From Octopus vulgaris (taxonomy: Eukaryota), in NCBI GenBank assembly GCA_951406725.2, contig OX597823.1:116374001-116438000 (forward strand): a stretch of DNA of 64,000 nucleotides, in the 5' to 3' direction. The translations under genes were made by a program, and so were the position numbers. The notes beneath the pieces were generated by a model, which was not told where the DNA came from, made no database searches, and saw nothing but the letters and a program-made list of their open reading frames with translations. The stretch's first letter is position 1. Each line of letters begins with the position of its first letter. Shown in pieces: positions 11,596 to 24,407 of the stretch.

Positions 11596-14057
11596 AACCT
11601 TTTGATTTTGCAAAAATGTCCTTTGGAACCATGAGTGGATGGTGGTATGTCTTTAAGCAGTTGTTCAATCCTGTAGAGAAATTGGCACATAGCCTAATCT
11701 TATTATTTTTCTTTTTAATGTACACCATGGGCACCACCCACTTATAGTAACCCACCTTTTTGGTGAATCCTCTCTTTCCCAGTCTGTCCAACTTTTCATT
11801 TATTATTTTAATTGCCATGTACAGTACTTTCCTGTTAGATTTAAATAAAAGCACAGCATTTCCACCTACTTGAAAGCAGGCTTCAGTCATTTTACATAGA
11901 CCTAAGTCTTCCAATAGTACTTGGGAAAACATCTTTTTCAATTTTCTCTTCAGTTCCTCAGACGATTTATTTTTTAATGGAACCATTTATGATTTTGCAG
12001 TAGAGACTTGTGGGGAGGTCCCATAAGTCAAATAACGCCAACCAGTTTCTACCAAACAGATTGATTGGATTCTCTACAATGAATGTTTTTGCTTTGCGTG
12101 TTTCTCCTCAAAACGTGACATCTGTCCACATTTCACCCATGAAATGTAATTTATCACCCATCATGCCACGTGCAATTTTCACTGTTTTACATTACACTGG
12201 TTTCCTGATTATTCTCCGTGTATCCGCACTTATGATTGAATTATCACTACCCGTACCCACCTGTAGTTTAATATTTACACCATTTAATTTTACATATATG
12301 AATTTTCTTGTTTTTGTGTCATATTCACTTTCTACTGAAAACACCTTAAAACTTTTCGCATTTGACCCATGTAATTTTGTCCTGCAGTATGAGCTCTTGT
12401 GACCAAGTTTCTGACAACTATAACATTTTCGGTTTTTAAATGGACACGCTTTTCTGAAGTGTAGGCCTCTACATCTGTAACATGGATTGAGGCCCGGCAC
12501 TCTTTTTAAATTTTTGTTGCACTTCCCAGATCGACACATCTGTATTTTTGCAGAATCTTTCTCTTGAATTTTTTCACATCATGCTTCAGGTTTACCATTG
12601 TTTGACATTCTTCTGCAATGGTCTGTAGGATTAAGTCTCAGTTCACTTGTTCCATTTTTGAGTGAATCCTTGCCTGCATTCCTCTATCTTTGATTGCTGT
12701 AAGGCTTTGTATGAAGATAAGGGTTTTAATCATATCCTGAGTGAGTTCCTGAAGTTTAAACTTTTCACAAATATGGTTGAGTATTCCGGCGTATGTAATA
12801 AAGTCATCATCATCATTTCTTGTTCAGTTCCAACATACCATTCGAATGTTAAATAACGATCTTTTGTCACAAAAGATCTTTGTGAGAAATTCAATACTTT
12901 CTTGGAAACAAATCTCACTTGACTTTTTGGGCAATATAAAGTTACAGTAGCAGTCAGGCTTGGCTGGAGCTACTTTGCATAGTAATAGCTTCACTTTCTT
13001 CTCATCTGACCATGACTTGCAACCTTTGTTAGAAATTTCTTCATATAGGTGCAGGAGTGGCTGTGTGGTAAGTAGCTTGCTTACGAACTATATGGTTCCG
13101 GTTTCAGTCCCACGGCATGGAACCTTGGGCAAGTGTCTTCTACTATAGCCTCGGGCCGACCAAAGCCTTATGAGTGGATTTGATAGACAGAAACTAAAAG
13201 AAGCCCATCGTATATATGTATATATATGTGTATGTTTGTGTGTCTATGTTTGTCCCCCTAGCATTGCTTGACAACTGATGCTGGTGTGTTTATGTCCCTG
13301 TCACTTAGCAGTTCAGCAAAAGAGACTGATAGAATAAGTACTAGGCTTACAAAGAATAAGTCCCAGGGTCGATTTGCTCGACTAAAGGCGGTGCTCCAGC
13401 ATGGCCACAGTCAAATGACTGAAACAGGTAAAAGTGTAAGAGTAAAAGAGTAAGAGTATACCTTCTATAGTATTCAGGAAACATCATAGCCCTCCTCCAG
13501 ATTTTAAGTGAATTCAGAAATCGAGTTTGCCACACCATCTGGCATAAAGGAACTTACCGAATTTTCGGACTTCCTTGACAGTAACTCAATTAACTGTTGT
13601 TGTTGTAATATTTGCTTCTGCATCTCCTGTTGTTGTTCCTGTTGCTTCCCTTGAAGCTGTATTACTGCAGCTAATATTTTCTCTATAACTTAACAATTTG
13701 TATGACACACAAATTTTCAAATAACCTAGATGAGCCTCGAAAAATCCTCGTTGCCTCCAGCATCCTTACACTTCCAATATCATAGTATGGTCGATATTGT
13801 CGAGGATAGATAAAGAATACACCGTAACAGTGTTATAGCAATTACAAAATAGAAACAGTGGCAGTAACAAACACACAACGAACTAACGGTCTCTTACGAA
13901 CCAACAATCAATATTTCCAACACACTAACTCAAACTGTAAACCATACCTGGACTTCAAAGACCAAACTACAAATTGCTGACTATGTCAGACCACTACTAT
14001 TTATATGTAGTTGTCCTATCTATTCATGTCAGAGGGTATTGTTCTCTCACCACAACA
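11596..14057 (-). mobile_element. Decayed Ty3/gypsy LTR retrotransposon (putative 5' LTR, gag, protease, start of RT), interrupted by a SINE B
   Basis: Two zinc knuckles CYRCRGLHFRKAC and CYSCQKLGHKSSYC; protease-like KLQVGTGSDNSIIS (catalytic D lost); RT N-terminus WVVPMVYIKKKNNKIRLCANFSTGLN...HPL; PBS-like GGCAACGAGGA at 13745-13755; TGTTGTG start at 14057. Multiple stops and frameshifts. Confidence 0.88.
13048..13450 (+). mobile_element. SINE family B, full length, inserted in the gypsy gag region
   Basis: tRNA-like head gcaggagtggctgtgtggtaag...ggtttcagtccc (A/B-box-like), ccttgggcaagtg body, internal TA/TG tract, gagtaaaa tail repeats. Confidence 0.88.
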
Positions 14058-14119
14058 GAAGTGAAATGCAGACTAAAAGGTTTTGAAATGTGATGTTTAT
14101 GGGTTATTATAAGCGTACC

Positions 14120-14643
14120 CATTTCTTTACTACCCACAAGAGGATAAACTCAGAGGGGACAAACAAGGGCAGACAAACGGATTAAGTCGATTACATCGAC
14201 TCCAGTGCATAACTGGTACTTATCTAATCGACCCCGAAAGGATGAAAGGCAAAGTTGACCTCGGCGGAATTTAAACTCAGAATGTAATGGCAGACAAAAT
14301 ACCTATTTCTTTACTACCCACAAGGGGCTAAACACAGAGGGGACAAACAAGGGCAGACAAACGGATTAAGTTCGTTACATCAACCCCAGTGCATAATTGG
14401 TACTTATTTAATCGACCCCGAAAGGATGAAAGGCAAAGTTGACCTCGTTGGAATTTGAACTCAGAACGTAACGGCAGACAAAATACCTATTTCTTTACTA
14501 CCCACAAGGGGCTAAACACAGAGAGGACAAACAGATTAAGTCGATTACATCGACCCCAGTGTGTAACTGGTACTTATTTAATTGACCCCGAAAGGTTGAA
14601 AGGCAAAGTTGACCTCAGCAGAATTTGAACTCAGAACATAGCA
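14120..14643 (-). mobile_element. SINE family A head-less tandem trimer
   Basis: Three consecutive ~170-185 bp units joined at aaatacc|tatttctttac (near 14303 and 14487). Confidence 0.88.
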
Positions 14644-15878
14644 GCCAGTGCTGGACAGGCATAGAAATATCTTCCATTAAAAAGCTCTTTACGTGACATG
14701 TACAGTTAGGAAGAAACCAAAATGGTTTATCAGCGTAATAAAGCACTCCACTCCTCACCAATAACCATGTAGCACTGGCATTTTGCCAAGCCTTTCTCAA
14801 ACGCAGACAATGTGGTAGATTGGCTAAGAGGAGGACTACTAACATGCATCGTGATGCAAGTTACTGCCTGCAACAATCGAGGGCAGAGCAGCTGGCCAAA
14901 GCAGGTGTTAGATGAGAGAGAAGGTTTGGGGGAACTCCAAAGAACTCTGAGCAATTAAGACTAAAAGGATATCAACTTCATTACCTCCATATTCATAGTC
15001 CCGAATAGTGGAGCCTGAAGCATGCAGTTGGGGAGCAACCTTCTCACCACACAGCCACACCTGCACCGCTTGTTTCTTGAACTCTTTCATGAAATTAAAT
15101 TCGAGTTTCTTCAGCATTATCTTGCTTGCCTTATTTCTGAACAACATGAAAGTCAGTTCTCATAAAGTCCTTGTTATTACAGAAAAACACTTGAAGATGA
15201 AGTGTGTGTGTGTGTGTGTGTGTGTGTGTCTGTGTGTGTGTGCGTGTGCGTGCGTGCGTGTGCAGAGGTGAAAATACCTGAACACACATCAAAATGACAA
15301 ATTAAAAATAGAAAATAGATTTATTTCTTGTAAGTGTTTATGAATTGCATTTTCTCTTTTTCTCTCCTTGTTTTCCACGAAAAAGGTTATTAATTGTAAA
15401 AGTGTTTCAAAAATAATGAAGCTCGTTTATCTTTGTTTCCATTTACACTGTATGATTCCCAGCATTCGTTAAGCTATATATATAGTTGAAGAAGTTAATC
15501 ACCACATGAGATAAATAGGTCACTGTCGTACGCCTGATGGTCAATGTGTGTGTTGTGGATGGAGAGTGTGTGTTGAAGTTGGTGAACTAAAACTTTAAAT
15601 GGGAAATAAACAGCAATATAAACGGTCTCAAAATAGTTCCATAATATCAATACAATAATATTGATTTCTTTCTAGGCAGAGTCCGTGAACCATGCAGACT
15701 CATGTTATAATAGGTTGGATTCACCTCAATACTTAAATAGCAATTTGTTTCTGTTAATTCCTGGGGGTTCAAATATAATATTGAACAGAAAAAGATTTGA
15801 ACCCAGAACAGTGCTGCATCCAATTGCAAAGCATTATGATGCCATCTCCAATATTTCTCTTAATGATATGCAGTTTTA

Positions 15879-16112
15879 AAAGGCGTCGAGTTGGCAGAAA
15901 CGTTAGCACGCCGGGCGAAATGCGTTGCCGTATTTTGTCTGCCGTTACGTTCTGGGTTCAAATTCCGCCAAGGTCGACTTTGCCTTTCATTCTTTCGGGG
16001 TTGATTAAATAATTACCAGTTACATACTGGGGGCAATGTAATCGACTTAATCCGTTTGTCTGTCCTTGTTTGTCCTCTCCGTGTGTAGCCCCTTGTGGGT
16101 AATAAAGAAACA
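15879..16112 (+). mobile_element. SINE family A, full length, with ~15 bp target-site duplication
   Basis: Head aggcgtcgagttggcagaaacgttagc...gggttcaaattcc; flanked by gatatgcagttttaa / gatatgcagtgttaa. Confidence 0.9.
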
Positions 16113-18012
16113 GATATGCAGTGTTAATAATTATTCTACATATATTGATTGATTTTATAAAGGAAGTAAACATTGATTTTGACTGTGTAGTCATGTGACA
16201 TTCGATGACGAGTATTGACCAAATCACATAAAAGAAAGAAAAACAAAACAAAACAACTTATTTCTTAAGTCAAGGCTTAGTTATTTGTTATTTAACTCTG
16301 CCTGTTCAGACCTATTGGCTTAGGAGCAGCTTCTAGCTGCTACATCCCACATAAAGTAATTTAATTAATGAAGTGGAAGGAGAGAAGGGGACATTTAGGG
16401 CATTTCACCATCTTTTCCCTTCAGCCTCTGAGCTTAAATTTGAAACATTGCATTCTCTTCACTTTCCGACAAACATTCTCCCATTTTTTCTTTTTTTTTA
16501 TCACATTTATATTTTCCATGACTTCCTTTGCTCAAACACAGATCAGCAATGTTTATTTCTGTGGGTTTATTTTTTTAAACTTTGTTTATATTTTATGTAA
16601 TTCTAATCATCTTCTATTTGTTATGTCAATATTCTGTAATTGTTCCAAACTCCAGGAATGCCTGACATGGTAGAAGCATAATTCTTTTACAGTAAAATGT
16701 CTTATTTACCGTTCATGTTGCCTGTTTCATAACAGCTAAAACACCTCAATAGACATGCTCTGTCTATAAATTATATTCCTGAATTCTTATGAAAGTTGTA
16801 AGGAAGAGTCGGATAAAGGAATGATATAATTATATGAGCTAACGACAACAACAACAACACAAGGATAACTGAATATTAGTAGTTGTATATCATCAATACA
16901 ACTTGAAATCCTTTGTTGAAAAGATGCAATGAAATATTTGAAAGGGCCAGAAGAATATCAAACCCCTCCCTTTCTGTTTGATGGAATTATAATAACAAAA
17001 TAAAAGCAAGAAAAACAAAAAAGAATTTTAAATAAGTAAGAATTTATCTAATCCCCAAATCAATTCCATTAGATGAAAGTTCCATGCCTGACCCTAAATT
17101 TGATAATTTTGTTTGCTGGCAGCATGATTCTTCCATCCTTAATATCTTTTGAACTTTTCAGAATTGCTGCTCTTTCCTCTGTTGAGCAAATATAATAAAC
17201 ATTTCTGTCCAGTCAGTAATCAGCATTCTTGAGAAATTCAATAGAATACAGTCTATTGGCGTACTTGTTTTCACTGAATGTCTGTCTGTACATTGACAAA
17301 CTGACTCCCTGGCTCTCACACTAAACCTACTTTTGTTTAATGATCTCTGTCAAATTGCTTAAGAAACAACCTTACATGGCAAACAGTGTAACTAATAAAT
17401 GTTACCAATTCAATATAGACTCGAAATTACTGCTTCGTCAATTCCTGCCACTCTTCCTTCCACTTTTGCCTGCCCTTCCTTTTGAAATCTTCAACTAATC
17501 TGTATTTGTCTGCTGAAGCATCACTGTTTACATTCACTCCAGCAGCAATTCTTATCCAAAACCTTCTCTGGCAAGCAATTGCAACTGAAGAATTCAAATA
17601 GTTTCAAGCATGTGTGCTACATCACAAAGGATCCTTCAACCCTGGCATATAACACCACAGAACCTCGTACCCTTCAACTCTCTTTCTTCTCTCTGCCAAC
17701 ACACCCACCATATTTAACCTCCACCTCTGCTATTTATTAAATAAAGTCATTATTTTATATTGCTTTCTATATTTTTGTTTGAAAAATAGTAGGATTTAAT
17801 TTATTTAATTATATTTTCACTGCTAGAATTTTAAAAATTTCCATTGTTTAATTCAAAATGTTCTACTTGTAAGTTCTAATTAAAACTGATTACTAATGGA
17901 GATTGGCGTTACACTCTGACAGTTTCTATGAAATAATAGGCAGAGCTGATTAACTGTAGATGTTTCACTTTCTTCCTTTTCTTTATTATCTACATAATCA
18001 TCACCACCACCA

Positions 18013-18131
18013 CAACCACCACCACCACCACTAGCATCACTACCTACATTGTCTCCACCACCTTGCCAACTATAATTATATTTTGAAATTAATTAAGAGC
18101 TAAATATATATTTTCAGAATATCATATTAGA
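18013..18131. repeat. ~116 bp direct repeat, copy 1 (copy 2 at 20028-20143)
   Basis: ccaccactagcatcactacctaca(t/c)tgtctccaccaccttgcc...cagaatatcatattaga occurs twice with about one mismatch. Confidence 0.92.
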
Positions 18132-18204
18132 CTGTCTTGAATTCTTGAAATAATAATAATAATAATAATGATGATGATGATGATGATGATGAGGATAATT
18201 ATTG

Positions 18205-18431
18205 AAAATGAAAAGAATCCACAGAGCCTCAAACGTGATTGTGGTACCTATTGCGATCAGTGCATTTGGGATCATCTCAAAAAAAGCAATATTCTGGTGC
18301 CAGAAGCTGTAAATACCAAACTTGTTAGTATTCAGATGGCTGCAATACTTGGAACAGTCCATGAGTTGAGGAAAGTGTTTCATCTCTAAGCTGCAGGATG
18401 GAGCTGAGATGTGACGTGAAAGAGATAAGTG

Positions 18432-18435
<4 letters not shown>
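18205..18435 (+). mobile_element. R4/Dong-like non-LTR 3' end embedded in (TAA)n
   Basis: NVIVVPIAISAFGII...IQMAAILGTVHELRKVFHL* (VVPxxxGALG...QKAxLLGTxxILRKVL-type C-terminus), followed by (TAA)n. Confidence 0.7.
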
Positions 18436-18490
<55 letters not shown>

Positions 18491-18544
18491 TCATAATAAT
18501 AGTAATAATAATAATAATAATAAAAATAATAATAATAATAATAG

Positions 18545-19106
18545 TAAATGCCCTGATGCAGTACCAGGCAGTGGTTCTCATGGCTTCTGATCTTATCTGA
18601 TTGGAAGTGTTATCATGTACATTGTTTTCTCTTGGTATAAAAGATGGGCTACAGCAAATATTCTGCTCAATACCACAGATTTGCTTGTCAGTTGTTTGAC
18701 CGTAACCAATTGAGCATGGCCCTTACTGGCTGATGATATGTGCATCTCTGATCACGAGCAGAAGTAGTTGGGGAGCATCATAGCCATGTGTTGAGAGGGA
18801 TTCTTTGGGGTTTGGATAATTCACCTTTGGAAACATGTGTGGTTCGTTCAACATCCTTAAACAATCTTTATTCAGGGACCTTCTGTGCGGGATGGGTTAC
18901 TCGACCAGAAGAAAATTCTAACTGGGCCCCACCTGCAGGGTCATGTGCTGTTTATCTTGATATGAGATCACCATGTGGTGCACATATGGTTGTGATGCAT
19001 GTGCCTGGTGTACCCTTATCAGACGGATAGTCATGATGGGTATACTGAGCTTCGTATATTTTACCCCAGTGTCACTTTGATGGCATGCACTGCTCTCTCT
19101 CACTCA
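18545..19106. mobile_element. ~560 bp non-coding interspersed element bounded by (TAA)n on both sides
   Basis: Complex-sequence block with sharp edges between two TAA tracts and no convincing ORF; retroposon identity is inference. Confidence 0.45.
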
Positions 19107-19159
19107 ATAATGATAATAATTATAATAATAGAAATAATAATAATAATAATAAAGATAAT

Positions 19160-19620
19160 AGGAAATCTATGCTGTAGCAGAAAACAGATGACTTATATGA
19201 AACAGTATGAAATGCTGGAGAACTGAATTGACAGCAGGGAATCAAATATTAGGTGAGGTGAAAATCAAGAGAAGAATCTTACAGGGGGACAGTGTATTCC
19301 CAGTAATCTTTGTGCTCAGAATATTTCCCAGAGTGAAATACTGCAGAAGACAAAGTTGGGGTGTGATGTGCAAAGTGGTAAAGGAAAATTTTAATTCAAA
19401 ACTTATGAAAACTAGACATTTGTACTAGAGAGCCAGAGCCGGTTTCAACTGGGTTGGTAATGAAAGGGGGCTGATTCAATTAAGCACAATGGTATGAAAG
19501 AAAAGACAAAGAAAGAGTACTCGCAGCAAGTGAGAAAAATATTAGATTCAAAGCTGAATGCCAGAAGCATAATTTTGGCAAAAAAAACTGGCATACAGTT
19601 GTAGTAGTTCAGTATGGTAC
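19160..19620 (+). pseudogene. R4/Dong-like reverse transcriptase fragment
   Basis: MKCWRTELTAGNQILGEVKIKRRILQGDSVFPVIFVLRIFP (RGIFQGDSLSPLLF motif) and KKEYSQQVRKILDSKLNA (thumb region). Confidence 0.8.
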
Positions 19621-19644
19621 TACATTCATATCCACAGATAAAGC

Positions 19645-20003
19645 CACATCTATGATGGTGCATTCTTTTCCTCCTCTTACCTGGTTGCTTTGAATGAAGT
19701 TTGCGACCAGGCTGTGTTGTAAAATATCAGATGGTCTTAAACTGATCATTCTCACTTCAAATCTCTGGTTGTTGGTGCGGTTGTTGTTGGTACTCTTTTC
19801 TTCCTACTTCAAATCCTCTTTGCTGTAATATGTCCCAGTTTAGTGCCTTCGCTATAAATCTTGTTTGTGTCTAAGTTTCTTTTGTACCAAAAGACTACAG
19901 GAACTTCTTCTCTACATAAACGATTCCTCTTTCTTATTGCATACTCTGCACTTTGCACTTTTTGTAGATTTGTCTATTTTTGCCTTTATCAGTTTCATCT
20001 TTG
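19645..20003 (-). pseudogene. R4/Dong-like zinc-finger/RLE-linker fragment, inverted relative to the adjacent RT piece
   Basis: Minus translation IKAKIDKSTKSAKCRVCNKKEES matches the CRxC...E zinc-finger start that follows the RT thumb; heavily decayed. Confidence 0.6.
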
Positions 20004-20027
20004 TCATCGACACCACGGCTGCTGCTG

Positions 20028-20143
20028 CAACCACCACCACCACTAGCATCACTACCTACACTGTCTCCACCACCTTGCCAACTATAATTATATTTTGAAA
20101 TTAATTAAGAGCTAAATATATATTTTCAGAATATCATATTAGA
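20028..20143. repeat. ~116 bp direct repeat, copy 2
   Basis: See 18013-18131. Confidence 0.92.
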
Positions 20144-20149
20144 TCGTTG

Positions 20150-20685
20150 TTATTGTTGTTGTTGTTTGGTGGAGAGAGATTCTGGCCAAAGTAGGCTGCT
20201 TGAGACCATAATACTCAGCCGGAACTGATGTTCAGCCGGAATTTCTTATTTTTTTATTGCCCACATGGGGCTAAACATAGAGGGGACAAACAAGGACAGA
20301 CAAAGGGATTAAGTCGATTACATAATGAGAATGGTTGGCAAAAGTTCCCTTAACCCTTGAAGGGTTGATGTTATTCCTCTTCAAAGTGGTCTTCATCTGA
20401 TCCTTGAATCACTTATTTGGTCCTTGAGGAAGCTGATGACCCTGGTGTAGTTGGTCATAGGGTTTCCTAAAAGAAACACATGAATCAGACATGGGCACTA
20501 CATGTGCAACATGTCCAAGCCATCTTGCTTGATGCTTGTTAAAAGAATTGGTTTGACAGCATCTTTGTATAGAATCGTATTTCCCTGCTTCACTAAAAGG
20601 ATCTGAATGCCACTGGGTATTAAAGCCTTCAAGAGCTTAAGACATCACCTAGAAGTGTCTCATACCCATAAAAGGGACAGGAGAA
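20150..20685 (-). mobile_element. RTE-clade LINE 3' fragment, containing a SINE A tail at ~20240-20321
   Basis: Minus translation shows YGYET and QARWLGHVAH...MSDS...QLHQGHQLPQGPNK*FKDQMKTTLKRNNINP, typical of RTE ORF2 C-termini (RWxGHVxRM...GxRxxG...RFKDxLK). Confidence 0.65.
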
Positions 20686-20711
20686 ATACAGACAGTGAAT
20701 TATAGATGAGG

Positions 20712-21222
20712 ACTTCTCTTCTCTTTCTCTCCCTCTGTCTTTGTCTCTCTCTCTCTCTTTCCCTCTCACCTCCCTTCTCTTTTCTCTCTTTCTCTCCTCT
20801 CCCTTTTTCTCTCCTCTCTAATTCAATCTATCCTCCCCCTCTTTTCTTTCTCTTTCTCTCATCTCTCTCTCCTCTCTATTTTGATCTTTCCTTCTCCTCT
20901 CGTCTCTCTTTCTCTCTCCTCTCTCTGTTTCGATCTCTCCTCCCCTTCTCTCTCTTTCTCTCTTCTCTCTCTCCTCTCCATTTCCTCTCTCTTTCCTCTC
21001 TTCTCTCTCTCCTCTCCATTTCCTCTCTCTTTCCTCTCTTCTCTCTCTCCTCTCTATTTCAATCTCTCTTCTCTCTCCTCCTCTCTCTTTCCTTCTTTCT
21101 CTCCTATTGCTCTCTCTTTCTCCCCCTCTTTCTCCCCCTCTCTCTTTCTTCCCCCTCTCTCTCCCTCTCTCACCTCTCTCTCCCCCTTTTCTCCCTCCCT
21201 TCTCTCTTTCTCCCTCTCTCTC
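20712..21222. repeat. ~500 bp polypyrimidine (CT-rich) low-complexity tract
   Basis: Almost purine-free on the + strand; explains the L/S/P/F ORFs 20706..21294. Confidence 0.95.
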
Positions 21223-21817
21223 ATATCATTTCAAAATGCAATCATCTACATTCCCAGAGTTAACATTAATATAAACTCCACTCGGTGCACCTAAATGGAA
21301 ACTCGTTATACTAGTTTACCTTTGATCATCTCTTCTCTAAAGAACAGTTGCCTCTCTCATTTATATTATAATAACCGATGGATTCAATAATAAACAATAG
21401 GCTATGGGGAAACTTGTATCACTCCGTACTGGCAATGAGGGAGTTAAAACACTTCAAAGATAGAATATATTAAGTTTGTCATGAAAAAGAGGAAAATTCT
21501 AACATTTTGGTCATTATCCTTTGATAGGGAATAATATTTTTACTAATGGTTGTGAATATATTGATTGAAAATAGTGAGAAACGGTATATGTGTGTGTGTG
21601 TGTGTGTGCGTGCGTGAGTTTTGGTATGCATCCTAATTGTAAACAAATGTCACCATCATACAAGCTGTATCGTTTATTTGCAATATCCCCTGTGTAAAAA
21701 AGTCTAGCTTGGGGGGGGGGGGGCTCTTTGTATTTGTGGGACTGTACTGTAGGAAAATATTACCTCACTTAGAAACAGTTGAGAATTGGTGATACGAAGG
21801 GTATCCGCAGCAGAAAC

Positions 21818-22122
21818 GTTTCTTATTTCTTTATTGCCCGCAAGGGGCTACACACAGGGGACAAACCTCAGTGGAATTTGAACTCAGTATGTAAAGACAG
21901 ATGAAATATCTATTTCTTTACTACCCACAAGGGGCTAAACACAGAGAGGACAAACAAGGACAGACAAACGGATTAAGTTGATTATATCGACCCCAGTGTG
22001 TAACTTGTCCTTATTTAATCGACCCCGAAAGGATGAAAGGTAAAGTCAACCTCGGTGGAATTTGAACTCAGAACGTGAAGACAGATGAAGTACCACTAAG
22101 CATTTCACCCGTTACTGCCAGC
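21818..22122 (-). mobile_element. SINE family A multimer (one unit plus an internally deleted unit)
   Basis: Junction gaaatatc|tatttctttac near 21910. Confidence 0.8.
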
Positions 22123-22262
22123 TAATAGCTTATAAATAAGTTACACGATCAGATCTTTAGAGATTTATTAATGTTTACTTTGTGATATCTGAATATTTCA
22201 TAATGCAATCTGTTTAAAAGGTTTTTACTTATGTAATTGTATGAACAATATAGTTTTATTTT

Positions 22263-22494
22263 AAGGCAGTGAGTTGGCAGTAACATTAGCATACTGGGCA
22301 AAATGCTTAGCCATATTTTGCCTACCGTTACATTCTGAGTTCAAATTCCGCCAAGGTCGACTTTGCCTTTCATACTTTTGGGGTCAATTAAATAAGTACC
22401 AGTTACACACTGGGATCGATATAATCGACTTAATCTGTTTCTCTGTCCTTGTTTGTCCCTTCTGTGTGTAGCCCCTTGTGGGCAGTAAAGAAAT
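22263..22494 (+). mobile_element. SINE family A, full length
   Basis: aggcagtgagttggcag head through gccccttgtgggcagtaaagaaata tail. Confidence 0.88.
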
Positions 22495-24109
22495 ATGTAG
22501 AAAAATTGGCCACAACAATTTTCTTCCGAACCATGCAAACTTGGCAAAGTGAGCATTGATGATGATGATGACAATGACTGTAATGACAATGGTAATGGTG
22601 ATGATGACAATGATGACAATGATTATGATTGTTGTTGTTGTTAAGCAACAAGATGTGTAAGAGTGATTAGGTGATGGTCTAGGGCTTAAGGGTGGGAGAC
22701 CCCAGACCTTGGAAAAAAAAATTTTGGTCATCTTGTTGTAGTCGAGGGCTCTTTGTTGACACCCGAAACCACTGGGAGGTGGCCCTTGAAGTCGCTGGAA
22801 ATGGAGATCTCCAGGTCCAAATTCTTGAGCAGCTGATTATGATGATGATGATGATGATGATGGTGATGACAGAGATGGTGATGACAATGATGATTATAGT
22901 GGTAGTAGTAGTGGTGGTGCTGGTGGTGGTAGTGCTAGTGGTGCTTTACTACAGGTCATATATGATAAATGGCAACGATGTGTCATTTATAGGAGAGCAT
23001 TGCATTTAAAAAAAAGAGTCGACTATCCAAGCCAGTAACTTGTCATCTCTTTAACGTCAGCAGACTGAATATTGGTAAAATGTTGCGGTTGAGTATATCA
23101 ACAATATTCACCCAAGTCAAAAAGAAGGAGCTTTGTAGCTAAGATACAATCATAAGGAATAATTAGAATTCATTGTCATGTAAATAACTTCATCTCTCAA
23201 ATCAAAGTTTTAGATTAGAATCTTGTATACATTGACTTACTTCTGAATTACAACTTGTATGTTAGCAACAAGTTTTTCAATAAATAAATTAATACAATAT
23301 ATATTTCGTCTTTGCTATTATCCCAGCAGCATAACAAGGCAGCTTTCTCTGTTGCACTTAAGCTGCAAATATACAAAATATAAACAAGAAAAACTCTATA
23401 AAATATCAAGAATTGATTTTTATTCCAACAACTAGTCCCTTCCTTTTTATTTGAAGATTGCCTGCAACAATACTTAATCGAGATAACAAGCAACTTTCTC
23501 CAAACATTCTACGTCTTTCAAATGTTATTTTATTACAGTTCTGAGGGGGTTGTGTTTGTTTTCTCTTGTAAGTTTATTTTTTCGCTTTAGTTTACTTTTG
23601 TAATTTTATTTCATACATTTTTAAAATGTTAAACAAACAAACAACAGCAAAAAAACAACAACCCAACTTAGAACGAAGCACCAATAGTGCAAGAGACAAA
23701 GAAAGTCTTCAATATATTACCAACCTTTGCCATACCCTAACCCTAGTTTCTGACAGAAGAAGAAACAGAAGAAAAGAAAAAGAAATAATGTAACTAATAG
23801 TTTATATCTTGCTCTCAGTACACAACATCTTCATAATGAAATGTCTAATGTTCACCCATACCTTTTCCACCATACACACACACATACACAGACACAGACA
23901 CACACATACACACACACATACACGCTCATACAAACACGCTTACACACACTTCTTACCAGCATAGATATTTCTTTCTTAGAATCGGTTTATTCCCATTTCA
24001 TCATTTCTTTTAATTTCATCTCAGTAATTCAATGGTTTTACATTTTCTCCAATATTCAATATTCCAAGCAACTTCCAATAACGATAACATTCTAAAAAAA
24101 AGTCTTTAT

Positions 24110-24200
24110 CATTATTATTATTATTATTATTATCATCATCATCATCATCATTGTTATTATTTTTTTCTTCTTCTTCTTCTTATTATTATTATTATCATCA

Positions 24201-24240
<40 letters not shown>

Positions 24241-24332
24241 CATTATCATCATTGTTATTGTTATTATTATTATTATTATCATTATTAATATTATCATTAT
24301 TATTATTATTAATGATAATAATAAAGATAATG

Positions 24333-24387
<55 letters not shown>

Positions 24388-24407
24388 TAATAACAATGAT
24401 GATGATG

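Noticed and set aside
13048-13120. tRNA genes at SINE heads
   Set aside because: A/B-box-like motifs are present but there is no complete cloverleaf, and each continues into a SINE body.
14120-14643. CRISPR-like or satellite array
   Set aside because: Units are ~175 bp SINE bodies with no unique spacers; eukaryotic context and no cas genes.
14984-15016. Apparent 30 nt minus-strand exon (STIRDYEYG) with AG/GT ends
   Set aside because: The acceptor is supplied by a decayed SINE B head; likely chance.
17100-17700. Possible very old LINE RT remnant (LLLFNDL-like), also 42250-42420 (SGxxxxSxLxP-like)
   Set aside because: Only isolated motif fragments amid many stops; too weak to call by eye.
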